Of a DNA stretch of 64,000 bases, positions 26,026 to 38,376 are shown in pieces. This stretch comes from Octopus sinensis (taxonomy: Eukaryota): positions 98,642,001-98,706,000 of the forward strand of contig NC_043002.1 in NCBI RefSeq assembly GCF_006345805.1, written 5' to 3'. Both the position numbers and the translations under genes were made by a program. The notes beneath the pieces were generated by a model that was not told the origin of the DNA, did no database searches, and worked only from the letters and a program-made list of their open reading frames with translations. The first letter of the stretch is position 1, and every line of letters starts with the position of its first letter.

Positions 26026-27479
26026 TTAAATACTGGAGTTAATTTTATTGGTTGTATCTTCTTCTAAAATTATAATCTTGTGTCCACATTGAAAATTATT
26101 ATTATTGAGAGAAGAAGCAACATTATTGTTCATCCTTTTAAAGCTGATAAAATAAAATACGAGCCACACATTGGGATCAATCTAATTACTATAATCTTCA
26201 TCTGAATTTGTGGCTGAATTTGTGCCCATTATAGAAATTAAAGTACCTGATATTTGATTTTAAGTGTTTTAATCATTATAGTAAATTACTGGGCAACCCT
26301 CTTTGCCTTGTTAAGTCTTGTTAAAAAGGCATCCTCATTACTTGTATCATTATAAGTATTTGTCAACATTATAATGTGCTATTACTGTTGTCATCATCAT
26401 TATTATCATTATTAATGATAATTTCATGCCATCTATTTCATACTTTGATATTATGTATGTATTGTATTTTGGTATGTTTATCACCACCACAACCAGTACC
26501 ACCATCATCAGCATCATTATGATGGTCCTCGTTTTCCTTGTTAGTCTACTTTTAGCATGTTCTTATATTGTGTATCTTTCTACAACATAGATTATTTATG
26601 TATATACTTACTGTTTGCTGACACAGACCAGTGTTCGTTTTCTACTGTTTCACTTTACATTTAAAGTACCTGCTTGGTTTAATTTTATTTAACTTTCAGG
26701 ATCTAATAAAAAATCTGCATTTAGCATATGGATTAGTTTTTCCTTTAACTACAACGACAACGACACTATTAATAGCTGTTTCCGATTTAGGTGCAAGGCC
26801 AGCAATTTTGAGGCAGGAGGTAGTTAGTCGATTATATAAGCCCCAGTTCTTGGCTGGCACTTCATTTTATCATTCTCAAAAGGATGAAAGACAAAGTTAA
26901 CTCTGACAGGATTTCAACTCAGAATGTAAAGAACCAGAACAGATATCACTAACTTAATAATAATAATAATAATAATAATAAAAATAAAAATAATAATAAT
27001 AATGATGATGATAATTCATTATTACTACAAGGGCAACAAATGAGGATACATAATAGGATAGAGTACATAAAGTGAAAGGGATAGGATTTACATTGAAATG
27101 AAATGAAATGAAAAATTGACTGTATGAAGGGTATAAAATCTGATAATGTCCCTGTGGAGAACCATCACTTAGGGCCATTCAAGGAAACCCAGAGATCCAG
27201 GATTACCTTGACTATTAAGGGTAAGTGTGCTCTCCAATCTGTACTCCCTGGCATACAGATGCATGCTGAGTGTAGGTTGAGTACAGCTACAACCATAATA
27301 ATAATATTAATAATATTAATAATAATGGTAATGATATTAATAATTATTCCTAATATAGGTACAAAGCCAACAATCTGGGGGAAAGGGTCAGTTGGTTAAC
27401 TGACCTTGTGTTACTTCACTGACACCTTACTTTTAAGTATTGGAGTTGAGTTAATTGACTTACCCAGAAATTTTCTTTC

Positions 27480-27517
<38 letters not shown>

Positions 27518-28739
27518 GAAGATGATGTAAAATTATTGTTGTGGTAATTGCTGTGGTGTGCCGATTGTATGACTTAGTTCCGATTTTCATTTAGAACTAT
27601 TTTGTGTTGTTGGTGCTTTTTAGGGAAGCATGAAAGTCAAAACTTATCATTTTAACCTTTCCCATGAATATATAAGGCTTGTGAAATTTATATGTAAAAA
27701 AAACAAAAAAGAACAAAACAAAACAAACAAATGAAACAAAACGATTTACTTTTACTAATATTATTAATAATAATAATAATAATAATAATCCTTATAATAA
27801 TGATATAATGATGCTGATCTTGTGGAATCAGAAAGTATCTGATAAAATCCTTTGGTATATTTAGGTGCACCTCTTTATGCTCTGATTTGAAATCCTACCA
27901 AAATCAACTATTCCTCTCATCCTTCTTGAGGTTGATAAAATAAAATACAAGTAGTGTACTGAGTTTGGAATCCTGCCATCCAGTTTAATGCCACCACCTG
28001 ATGTTTGGATACCTTAAGCAGAATCCACTGTTACAAGCTTTGGACCCTGTCCCTGGTGTTAAGGAAATCCTATAAGCTGTGATTTGTTTTTCTTCTTTTC
28101 TCTCCCAGTAGTCTTGGAGGCTGTGAAAAATGTCATGAGTGCTCTCCTGGTGGCATATTGCTTAAGAGTTTGTCTGATGATTAGGATTAGAGGGTTGTGT
28201 GTTCAGTTTATGGACTGGGTATCATGTTGTGTCCTTGAGCAAAACATTTCATTTCATGTAGCTTCAGTGTAATCATCTGAGAATGAGTTACAGCTGAATG
28301 AATGTTGGCACAACCCTCTCACCTTTCATCTGTCATGTCCTGGGTATTCCCCTGGACCAAGAATTGAGGTACTGAGAAGGTGTCCTTGTCTGCTTGTGAG
28401 TACAAAAGCAACTGTGGTGCATGCTGTCTAGTCATGCATGCTCAAAAAAGACAGCTGGCTGTACTTGTAATTCTTGTCTTTTACAAGGATGACTTCATGC
28501 ACATAGTCAAACCAGTCTACTTACAGCAGATTTGTAGTTCAACCACACACACACACACACACACACAACTTGTGAAAATTGTTAAAATCTCATCCTTAAT
28601 CATTATTTGCTGCTGCTAATGCAATTCTGTTAGGATGAGTCATTAAATTTAAGAGAGACTCTCTTGAATATGTTTTCCTTTTTAATTGCTGCTATTATAA
28701 TTTTGATCATCATCATCATCATCATTATTATAATCATCA

Positions 28740-29119
28740 GTGGAGGCGCAATGGCCCAGGGGTTAGGGCAGCGGACTCGCGGTCATAGGATCGCGGTTTC
28801 GATTCCCAGACCGGGCGTTGTGAGTGTTTATTGAGCGAAAACACCTAAAGCTCCACGAGGCTCCGGCAGGGGATGGTGGTGATCCCTGCTGTACTCTTTC
28901 ACCACAACTTTCTCTCACTCTTCCTGTTTCTGTTGTACCTGTATTTCAAGGGGCCGGCCTTGTCACTCTCTGTGTCACGCTGAATATCCCCAAGAACTAC
29001 GTTAAGGGTACACGTGTCTGTGGAGTGCTCAGCCACTTACACGTTAATTTCACAAGCAGGCTGTTCTGTTGATTCGGATCAACCGGAACCCTCGTCGTCG
29101 TAACCGACGGAGTGCTTCC
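28740..29119 (+). mobile_element. SINE family C, tail type 1
   Basis: Near-identical to the 19310 copy; TSD tattataatcatca. Confidence 0.85.
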
Positions 29120-29847
29120 CATATTATAATCATCATCTTGTTATAGATGTCATTGCCATCAACATCTCTATCATCACCTTTACCATTGTGGTCATCATGT
29201 TTATCAAATAGTTGTCATGGATGTGCTTGTAGTGGTAGCACTAATAATTCAAGGATTTGAAATGGATTATCTTCATTATGAGTTTTGTATTAATTGTTAT
29301 TGAGATTAAAACCATTCTTACTATGTCAGGAAATTAACTCGACTATGCCAGTCCATATAAAAATATAAATCCATTATATCTATGTTACAGTTAGTCATTA
29401 TTGAAAGGAGTAATAAAATAATAAGTTTATTGTTGACCCTTTTGGAATTGATTAATTAAAATACCAGCCAAATACTGACATCACATACATGTCCCTCCAA
29501 AATTTCAATCTTTGTTGTTGTTGTTGTTGTTATTATTATTTCTCTGTCTTTACGTTCTGAGTTCAAATTCTGCTGAAGTCGACTTTGCTTTCATCGTTTT
29601 AGAGTTGATGTAAAAGTACCAGTTGAGCACTGGAGTTGATATAATCAAATAGTGCCCACCCCCATCCCCAATTCAGGCCTTGTGCCTATAGCATAAAAGA
29701 TTATTATTATTATTATTATTATTATTTGATGAAAACTCTCAGTTTATTTTGTTGGGTACGGTAGAAAGTGTAAGCTGTCTACAGCCAACAGACTAAGGTA
29801 ACACTTGTTTACTGGTCATGCTTCAAGAATCTTGAGAATTATTGCTA

Positions 29848-29908
<61 letters not shown>

Positions 29909-30847
29909 GCTGGTGAGCTGGCTACATAGTTAGCATGTTGGAAAAAATGCTCTACTTATACTTCTTCCAGCTCTTTACATTCTGAGTTCAAATCCTGGGA
30001 AGGTTAACTTTACCTTTCATCCCTCAAAGGTTGATAGCATAAGTACCAGTCAAGTGCTGGGGTCACTGTAATCAACTCTCCCCCCCCACCTCTCAAAATT
30101 GCTGGCCTTGTTTAAAAAACTAGAAAAAATTATTATCTGTCATCATGATCACTATGTGAATCACCATTATTATTACTACTTCCTCACTCTAAAATAGAGG
30201 CTAGTAGTATAGATATTTCTAATAAGCACATCTTAATAACTGTTATTGCTGCCTTCTGATAAAATTGGATTTATACCATGAGAATAATGAAGCAATTTAG
30301 TCAGTTCTCAAAGTGATAAATACCTGGCCTCCTTTAAAATATCAATGAAATTTGTCTTTAGTCTCACTTAAAACTTTTTATTAAGCAGAAGACAAAAGTG
30401 CTTTACATCCATGTAATTCTTCTTTGTTTGCTACAATGAGGACAAATTTAACCTCAGAAATGGTTTTAAGCTTGAAAAGTTTTAAGTCATCTTAGTTTTA
30501 TTAAACAGGCATAAGTGTGGTTGTGTGGTAAAAAGTTTGCTTCCCAACCACATGGTTTTGAGTTCAGTCTCACTGTGTGGCACCTGGGGCAAGTATCTTC
30601 TACTATAGCCCTGGATCAACCAAATCCTTGTGAGTAGATTTGGTTGACAGAAATAGAAAGAAGCCTGTTGCATTTATAACCCATGCCAGCATGGAAGGCA
30701 GACATTAAACAATGATGATGATATGTATACATCTAAATGTGTGTGTTTGTGTTTCTCCTGCACCACCACTAGACAACTGGTGTTTGTTTGTTGACATCCT
30801 TCTAAATTAATGTTTCAGAAAAAAAGAAATCGATAGAATAAGTACCA

Positions 30848-31078
30848 GGCGGCGAGCTGGCAGAAACGTTAGCGCACCGTGCGAAATGCTTAGCGGTATT
30901 TCGTCTGTCGTTACATTGTGAGTTCAAATTCCGCCGAGGTCGACTTTGCTTTTCATCCTCTCGGGGTCGATAAATAAAGTACCAGTTTCGCACTGGGGTC
31001 GATGTAATCGACTTAATCCCTTTGTCTATCCTTGTTTGTCCCCTCTATACTTAGCCCCTTGTGGGTAGTAAAGAAATA
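30848..31078 (+). mobile_element. SINE family B nested in an older family-A-like copy
   Basis: TSD gatagaataagtaccagg on both sides; host remnant about 30507-31197. Confidence 0.85.
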
Positions 31079-31635
31079 GATAGAATAAGTACCAGGCTCA
31101 GAAAAAAGAAAAAACAAAGCCTAGGGGCAATTTTTTCAACTAAACCCTTCGAGGTAGTGCCCTAGCATGGCCACAGTCCAGTGACTGAAACTAGTAAAGT
31201 ATAATAGAGAAAAAAATGGCAATTTGTGTATGCCATTTGCAAAATGCTACAGCCACCCTCACCCTCACCCTCATCTCCTATGAGAAACAATGTACATAGT
31301 TATTACTGACTAACCCTACCCATACATAGATCATTATGAATAGCATGGCTTGATTACTCTGTATACGTAATGGGTTAAATTGTATTGGTTACTGTGTATT
31401 ATTGTGTAACTATCTTGTGAATCCGGATGTAGCTCTATTGCAACAAGTCTTAGTTATTTAATGTGGAAGCTATGATAGGAAAAAAGACTGGAATAGTTAC
31501 TGTTAGTTACATTTGACAACTAGTTAATTACTCAGTGAACTTTACTTTTAAAGCAGTATATTCTTTCATAAGACATTGCCATTGGACTTCAACAATATAA
31601 CATAACTATAGATAGGTCTCTTAATTATATGACAT

Positions 31636-31853
31636 ACTCTTTTTACTCTTTTACTTGTTTCAGTCATTTTGACTGCGGCCATGCTGGAGCACCGCCTTTA
31701 GTCGAGCAAATCGACCCCCGGGACTTATTCTTTGTAAGCCCAGTGCTTATTCTATCGGTCTTCTCTTTTGCCGAACCGCTAAGTGACGGGGACGTAAACA
31801 CACCAGCATCGGTTGTCAAGCAATGCTAGGGGGACAAACACACACACACATAT

Positions 31854-31886
<33 letters not shown>

Positions 31887-32056
31887 CATATATACGACAG
31901 GCTTCTTTCAGTTTCTGTCTACCAAATCCACTCACAAGGTATTGGTCGGCCCGGGGCTATAGCAGAAGACACTTGCCCAAGATGCCACGCAGTGGGACTG
32001 AACCCGGAACCATGTGGTTGGTTAGCAAGCTACTTACCACACAGCCACTCCTGCGC
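31636..32056 (-). mobile_element. SINE family A
   Basis: Full-length reverse copy. Confidence 0.85.
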
Positions 32057-32321
32057 CTATCATTTTTATAAAATATTGTATTGATTGAATAGAGAATCAC
32101 TGTCTGTTATAAGTCTGTTTATTGTAGCACTAGGATGGTTTAAGAAACTTATTTAACATATCTGTTTAGTTTAGTATATTCTTGTTAATAATGATGGTGA
32201 TTATAGTAATAGTAGTGATCGTAATTGTAACAAAAATGGTAATGGTATGAGCGATATAGTGGTTAGGAAGGTGATGGTGGTGGTGGTGGTGGTATTCTGT
32301 TTGTGGTGGTTATGAGAACAC

Positions 32322-32352
<31 letters not shown>

Positions 32353-32974
32353 TAATAATAATAATAATAATAATAGAAGTGGTGGTTTTGGAGGTGTCAG
32401 TAGTTATTCATTGCTTTTGTTGTTGGTGTTATTGTTGGTGTGGCATATATTTGTAAGTATCAACATGGTGGGTGTTGGGGGTTGAATATGAATCATAAAA
32501 AACAATATGGAAATCATGAATTATCTGTAACTGGTTAGCATCATGTACTGCAAGGCTTATAATTGTGTAGTATGGAAGGAAGCAATGGATATGTGTGTAT
32601 GTTCATTAGTTTGTTTAAGTCATCATGGCTAAGGTCATGTTGGACTAGCTCTCTCAGTGTATGTGTGTGTATGTATATTTGTCTACAGACACTATTATGT
32701 ATGAGAGATACATTTTTAAGGTTCAAGAATTAATCTCAGACTCTGACCTTCATTCACTCTCACCTATTCACAAGCAAAGATCTTGAAAGATCTTCTTCAA
32801 ACGACAAGAGAAATAACACATTTCACGAGGAATCTCAACCGAATATGAGGGCCACTGGTTTCATTAACAGGTTCAGTTAAGTAAAAGATTCATAATGCTG
32901 GAAATTGGTGTTGGTGGTGTTGGTGTTGGTGTCGATGTTGGTTGTGAAGGGGAAGATGCCAGTTATTATTTCTA

Positions 32975-33067
32975 GTTAAGGGTTCGTGCTTGCTGAGAAC
33001 TGACCAATGGAGTGGCTCTATTTTATATACTTCTGTTCAGTTTGCAGGCAACATTATCACTCTGAAC
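32975..33067 (+). ncRNA. Candidate pre-miRNA hairpin H1
   Basis: Hand fold: tgcttgc/gcaggca, gaactga/tcagttt, ggagtg/tacttc, 13-nt loop, basal stem gtt-agggt/actct-aac; CATC (CNNC) at 33067. Confidence 0.5.
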
Positions 33068-33599
33068 ATCATATGTTTGTTTGTTTGTTTGTTTATATCT
33101 ATGTCTGCATGTGTGTGTGTATGTGTGTATATATGCATATATGTATAATATAATGTAATTAGTGTATTGGTCCACCTAAATGTAATAATAGCTATTAATG
33201 TACAAAAATGTGAAAAAAAATTTAACATATCTATATAAATATTTATATATACATGTATAGATATATTCTCCACACACACACACACAAATACATATGAACA
33301 TATACATGCTTTCTTGCTGCATATATTATAAAAGTCATGAACAAATTATATATATATATGTATACATACACATGCATATATAAACACAAATATTCATCCT
33401 ATTGGATTCATTCATACGATGCATATTCATATATTGACACGGACAAAAATCTCGATGCGTCAATGTTAGAAATATACCTGAATTATAGAATATTGATAAT
33501 GCATAGATATTTGAACTGTTAAAAACACATATGTACATTTACTCATACACACATATATTTATATTTATGTGCTTTTACACAAACACACACATATACTTA

Positions 33600-34470
33600 G
33601 AGATATTCTGATATACATATGTACACCTTATATATATACATATATATATCTATATATGAATATATACATATATATATCCATAAGTATATTTGTATGTATG
33701 TATATATATCCATATGTATATTTGTATGTATGTATATATATCCATATGTATATTTGTATGTATGTATATATATCCATAAGTATATTTGTATGTATGTATA
33801 TAAATCCATAAGTATATTTGTATGTATATATATATATAGATATATATGTATATATATTTATATATCTATATATATACATATATATGTATATATATATATA
33901 CATATATATGTATATATATATGCATACAAATATGCTTATGGATATATATACATACATATAAATATACTTATGGATATATATACATACATACAAATATACT
34001 TATGGATATATATATATGTATATATTCATATATAGATATATATATGTATATATACATTAATATATATATATGTATATATGTATGTGTATACATATGTATG
34101 TATATGTATATATACATTAATATATATGTATATATGTATGTGTATACATATGTATGTATATGTATATATTCATATATAGATATATATATGTATATATACA
34201 TTCATATATATATGTATATATGTATGTGTATATATATGTATGTATATGTATCTATTCATATATAGATATATATATGTATATATACATTCATATATTTATA
34301 TGTATATATGTATGTGTATATATGTATGTATATGTATGTATATGTATATATTTTTATTTATATATACATATATATACACACATATATATTTATATGTATG
34401 CACACTCACATGTGTGTATATATACATGTATATATAAATATATATATATGTGTATATAAATATATATATA

Positions 34471-34514
<44 letters not shown>

Positions 34515-34530
34515 CACACATACATATACA
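33600..34530. repeat. TA/TATG field containing a 32-bp minisatellite in both orientations
   Basis: tccata(a/t)gtatatttgtatgtatgtatatata x5 (33677-33830), then 3 reverse-complement copies (33921-34010). Confidence 0.8.
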
Positions 34531-35036
34531 CAAATATTTATATAATAAGGATGTACCACTTACAAATGACTCTATAAATTAACTATGATATTATATAGAT
34601 CATCCCTATCGACTTTCTAGTTTTGTTCTATGCTCCTTGCTGTAAACTAAAAACAGCAACAAAATCATGTCATGTACAATTAAAATATATAACAACAGCA
34701 ACAACAACAAAAACAACTGTAAGAATGAGAATGACAAAAATGAACAAATAAATGAATGCAAGAAAGAACAATGAAAAAAATTATCCAAGACAGACTTGGT
34801 TTGGATTGAACCTCCTTGACTTGCAAAAGTATTTTGGAAAATATCCACTCACTTTTGCATCATACCACAAAATTCTACAAGAATTTACATGGAATTTACA
34901 TGGCTTATAGACTTTCCTATTGGATTTACTAAAAAAAAAAAAGAAAAAAAGAAATATTCTACAGACAATAATTGCAAACAGAAATGGAAATTATCGATCA
35001 ATACTCTTCTGTATTTATTATTATTATCATCATCAA

Positions 35037-35084
<48 letters not shown>

Positions 35085-35120
35085 GGTGATCATGAATTTG
35101 TGTTATTCTTGAGTAATAAA

Positions 35121-35193
35121 AATTATGTACAGTCAGTCCTAAGGATGGAAGAATTTCTTTATCCAATTTTAGTTCTTGGAGATGGTCATAATT
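35121..35193 (+). ncRNA. Weak candidate pre-miRNA hairpin H2
   Basis: aattatg/cataatt, tcc-aagga/ttcttgga, tggaa/tttta; 73 nt. Confidence 0.25.
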
Positions 35194-35277
35194 CTGTTTT
35201 TTGTTTTGCTCTCAATTACGCAATGACAACAGAACAGTTTTCAAATATTTCTTTTTGTAATTTTTTTTCCATTCTGG

Positions 35278-35346
35278 ATGCTGCCTGAGCTTATTTAGCA
35301 ATCAGGCTCAGCACATTACTGGTTGGTTCTATACTTAGGTATTGTT
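35278..35346 (+). ncRNA. Weak candidate pre-miRNA hairpin H3
   Basis: gatg-tgcctgag/cttaggta-tgtt, caatcag/ctggttg, 13-nt loop; an alternative shorter fold competes. Confidence 0.3.
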
Positions 35347-36330
35347 ACTCTTGATAACTGTCTTTACTTTTAATAACCAATGGGTCATTGTGATTTCTAG
35401 TGAATACCTTTGCTGATAAAACAACAATAAGCTTGTATGTAATTTCAACTTCTTATCAGAATCTCCTGTTGTTAAAAAAATGGAAAACATAAACAAAAAA
35501 AAAACAAGAAAAAAAAACCGAAATACTAAAACATGTATGGGACAAAAAATGATGCTAAAGTGGAGAGGAAAAATGAATCACAAAAACAAAACGAGAAAAA
35601 AACATGAGTAATAATAATGATAATTAATAATGATAATTATAAGAGAAATAATGAGAAGACATTCAAGAAATTTTGGGATTTCAAATGAACAAATGTTTGT
35701 GAATTTTTTTTGGTATTTTTTTTACCTTGTCTTTTTTTTGTCTCCTATTTTTATTGAAAATTTACAGAGAGTATTCGACATACACGCATAAATGAACACA
35801 ACACATATCCCAATAATATAATAATACAGCCAAAATACTCTCTAAGCTTTTAAAAGACAATTATAATATATCTTGAGAGGTAATATATCATGAAAGACTG
35901 GATAAAAAAAAATGCATTATACAGTTTTACTTAATGTATAAATTATAATTATGATTATTAATTTTATTATTATTATTAATATGATTTTTATTCTAAAAAC
36001 TGCTGCCTTGTTTTGAATCCAAGACTGCTGTTTTGTATATTGTTTTCCTTAATTTGTTTTGTTTTGTTGCATTTTCATTTTTTTTTTTAATGGTAATTCT
36101 TCTCTAGATAAATTGCAATAAACATAAAATTCATTACTTGGTGTTGTGATGGATAAACAACTAAAATCTTAGAAAAAAGAAAAAAAATTGAAATGAAGGA
36201 AAAGTGTGTGTATGTGACAATATGACCACAGGACTGAAAATCTGAAAATGTGAAATCTGTAAAACAATCTTAGTAGTAGTATGAATTAAGTTTAGGAACC
36301 CTGGTGGAAGGATACACTTGCTTCTAATAT

Positions 36331-36365
<35 letters not shown>

Positions 36366-36418
36366 ACATAATATATATGTATATACAGGTACATATATAT
36401 ATATATATATACACACAC

Positions 36419-36546
36419 ATATTTTTATTAATATTTAGCAGAAACAACAGAGTGACTCAGAGGCCAAGGGTTTCGTGTGTTGGCACGCAAGAAAATCTTA
36501 GACCTTCAGTCACTATGTTGCTTCGGTTAAATATAAATAAAAATAT
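36419..36546 (+). ncRNA. Long imperfect hairpin H4 (candidate pre-miRNA or dsRNA element)
   Basis: About 53 bp paired over 128 nt by hand fold; core agtgact/agtcact, gagg/cctt, aagg-tttc/gaaa-tctt; UGUG at the apex. Confidence 0.55.
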
Positions 36547-36783
36547 ACACTTACTCATATTTTGAGTTATATTTTTCCTGTTTGTACCAACATACCTACA
36601 TATATATTTATATATATGTACTTGTGTGTGTATGCACATACATATTTATGTATATATATATATATATAATATATATATATATATACACGTGTGTGTGTGT
36701 GTGTGTTTGTATATATGTACACTCAAACTATGTATCTAACAGCAAAAGAAGTAGGCCCCAATAACATGTAGAAAGTGAGTATT

Positions 36784-36842
<59 letters not shown>

Positions 36843-36892
36843 TCTGGTTGAACATGGGACCGTATCATTTCATAGATGTTTCTGGATTGACA

Positions 36893-36967
36893 CTGATATG
36901 AATTGTAATGAAAAGTACTCAATACTCTTAAACTAAGTAGAAGAATTTCTGTTCAAGTTCATATCAG
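36893..36967 (+). ncRNA. Candidate hairpin H5
   Basis: 12 contiguous pairs ctgatatgaatt/agttcatatcag plus about 8 more; directly abuts H6. Confidence 0.35.
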
Positions 36968-37046
36968 CATGAGTGGCTACTCAGAGTCTCTTGTTTGCAT
37001 TTCTTTGACAATGAATGGGAGCAAGAACTTTGGGTAGTGACTTATG
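36968..37046 (+). ncRNA. Strong candidate pre-miRNA hairpin H6
   Basis: About 32-bp stem with two G-G mismatches and one C bulge, 10-nt loop, and 7-8 G·U wobbles that pair only on the + strand. Confidence 0.65.
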
Positions 37047-38376
37047 TAGATTCAATTTTGAAAGGGCATCCTTCCCATAAATATGTGAGTACATAGATAT
37101 ACACACAAACATATGCACAGTCTTTGATTAACATCATTTATAATACTGTTCAAAGAAAGCGTTATTAAGGATGATATGGAAAAGCTGATATACTTACATC
37201 CTAAAATAAATATGCATATATACAAAATATGTATACATACTATATGTGTATGTGTATGTATACTAGAATAAAATGATATGGAATGAAAGCACTGTACATC
37301 ACACTGCTGTGTATATTTAAGCAAAGCAGATTAATATTCTACCACTGGATTTATTACTTATTTTTCCATGATGCATGAAGAAAGGTATTATTAACTACAG
37401 ATCACCAAAAAAGCAATCACTGTATTTCTGAAAACAAGTGTATCATTGGTTTTAGAATTTCTGTTCAATGTTTAAATTGTTTACCAAAATGACATCAGTG
37501 AAAGCTACCCCCCCCCCAACCACCACGCAGACATACATTTTCTCTGTGTGTCTCACACACACTCTCACATTGAGCTTCTAGATAGTTTTATCTATTTCAT
37601 TGTACTTGCTAAGTATTTTTTAATTTGAGGGTTTTGTAAAGACACTGGCTCAAATTCTCTGTGGTGGGATTGAACCCAGAGCTAAGTGGTTGTGGAGTAA
37701 ACTTCTTAACCAAGTCATGCATGCATCTGCAACTTAATTTGTTCATCATGCAGTTATAGTCTATAGAAATAGTTTGGACAAATATTTTTTTTTAAAAATA
37801 GAATTAATCAAGGACTTGTAAATGAGTATGTGCTAGTATATACGTAATTCTATGTGTGTGCCCTAAGGATTGTTTAAAAAGATGGTTAAAGAATTGGTCT
37901 ACCAGATCTAGGATGAAGAATTTGTGTTAACTGTTAATGTTTCATTGTGTTACAGAGCAAACACACTTTTAAATCTTTTAGCATTTTTTGATAAGTTAAT
38001 GAAAGGAGGGTGAAGAGCCATGGTCATTATCTATGCAGACCCTTCCAGTTTTATTAGATTGATATGGCTGATGTCCAGTCTCAGTGTCTGCAGCTCAGTC
38101 CCCCTCCCCAAAAACAGAAACAAACAAAAGTGTTGGGAGGAAAGCAGTGATAGGAAAGGGCATGTTTCAAGTACTTGTAAGAGCATGAAGTCCTCTAAAG
38201 ACACTGCTCAACTTGCTTAACTCTAGTGAAGAAATAACAGATTTTTTGGTTGGTGGGGGAATATTAACTAATACACTGATGTCCTATCTTTCATGTTTGC
38301 CTGACATATTCCTTTTTGCTTTGAAAATATTTAATTGGATGAGAAAATTCATTATTGTAAAATATCAATGTATCTG

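Noticed and set aside
33388-33495. Loose hairpin around atattgac/gtcaatgt
   Set aside because: Large internal loops and mostly A-U pairs; not convincing without computation.
34817-34862. Hairpin tgcaaaagt/acttttgca
   Set aside because: Too short (about 16 bp) for a pre-miRNA and expected by chance in AT-rich DNA.
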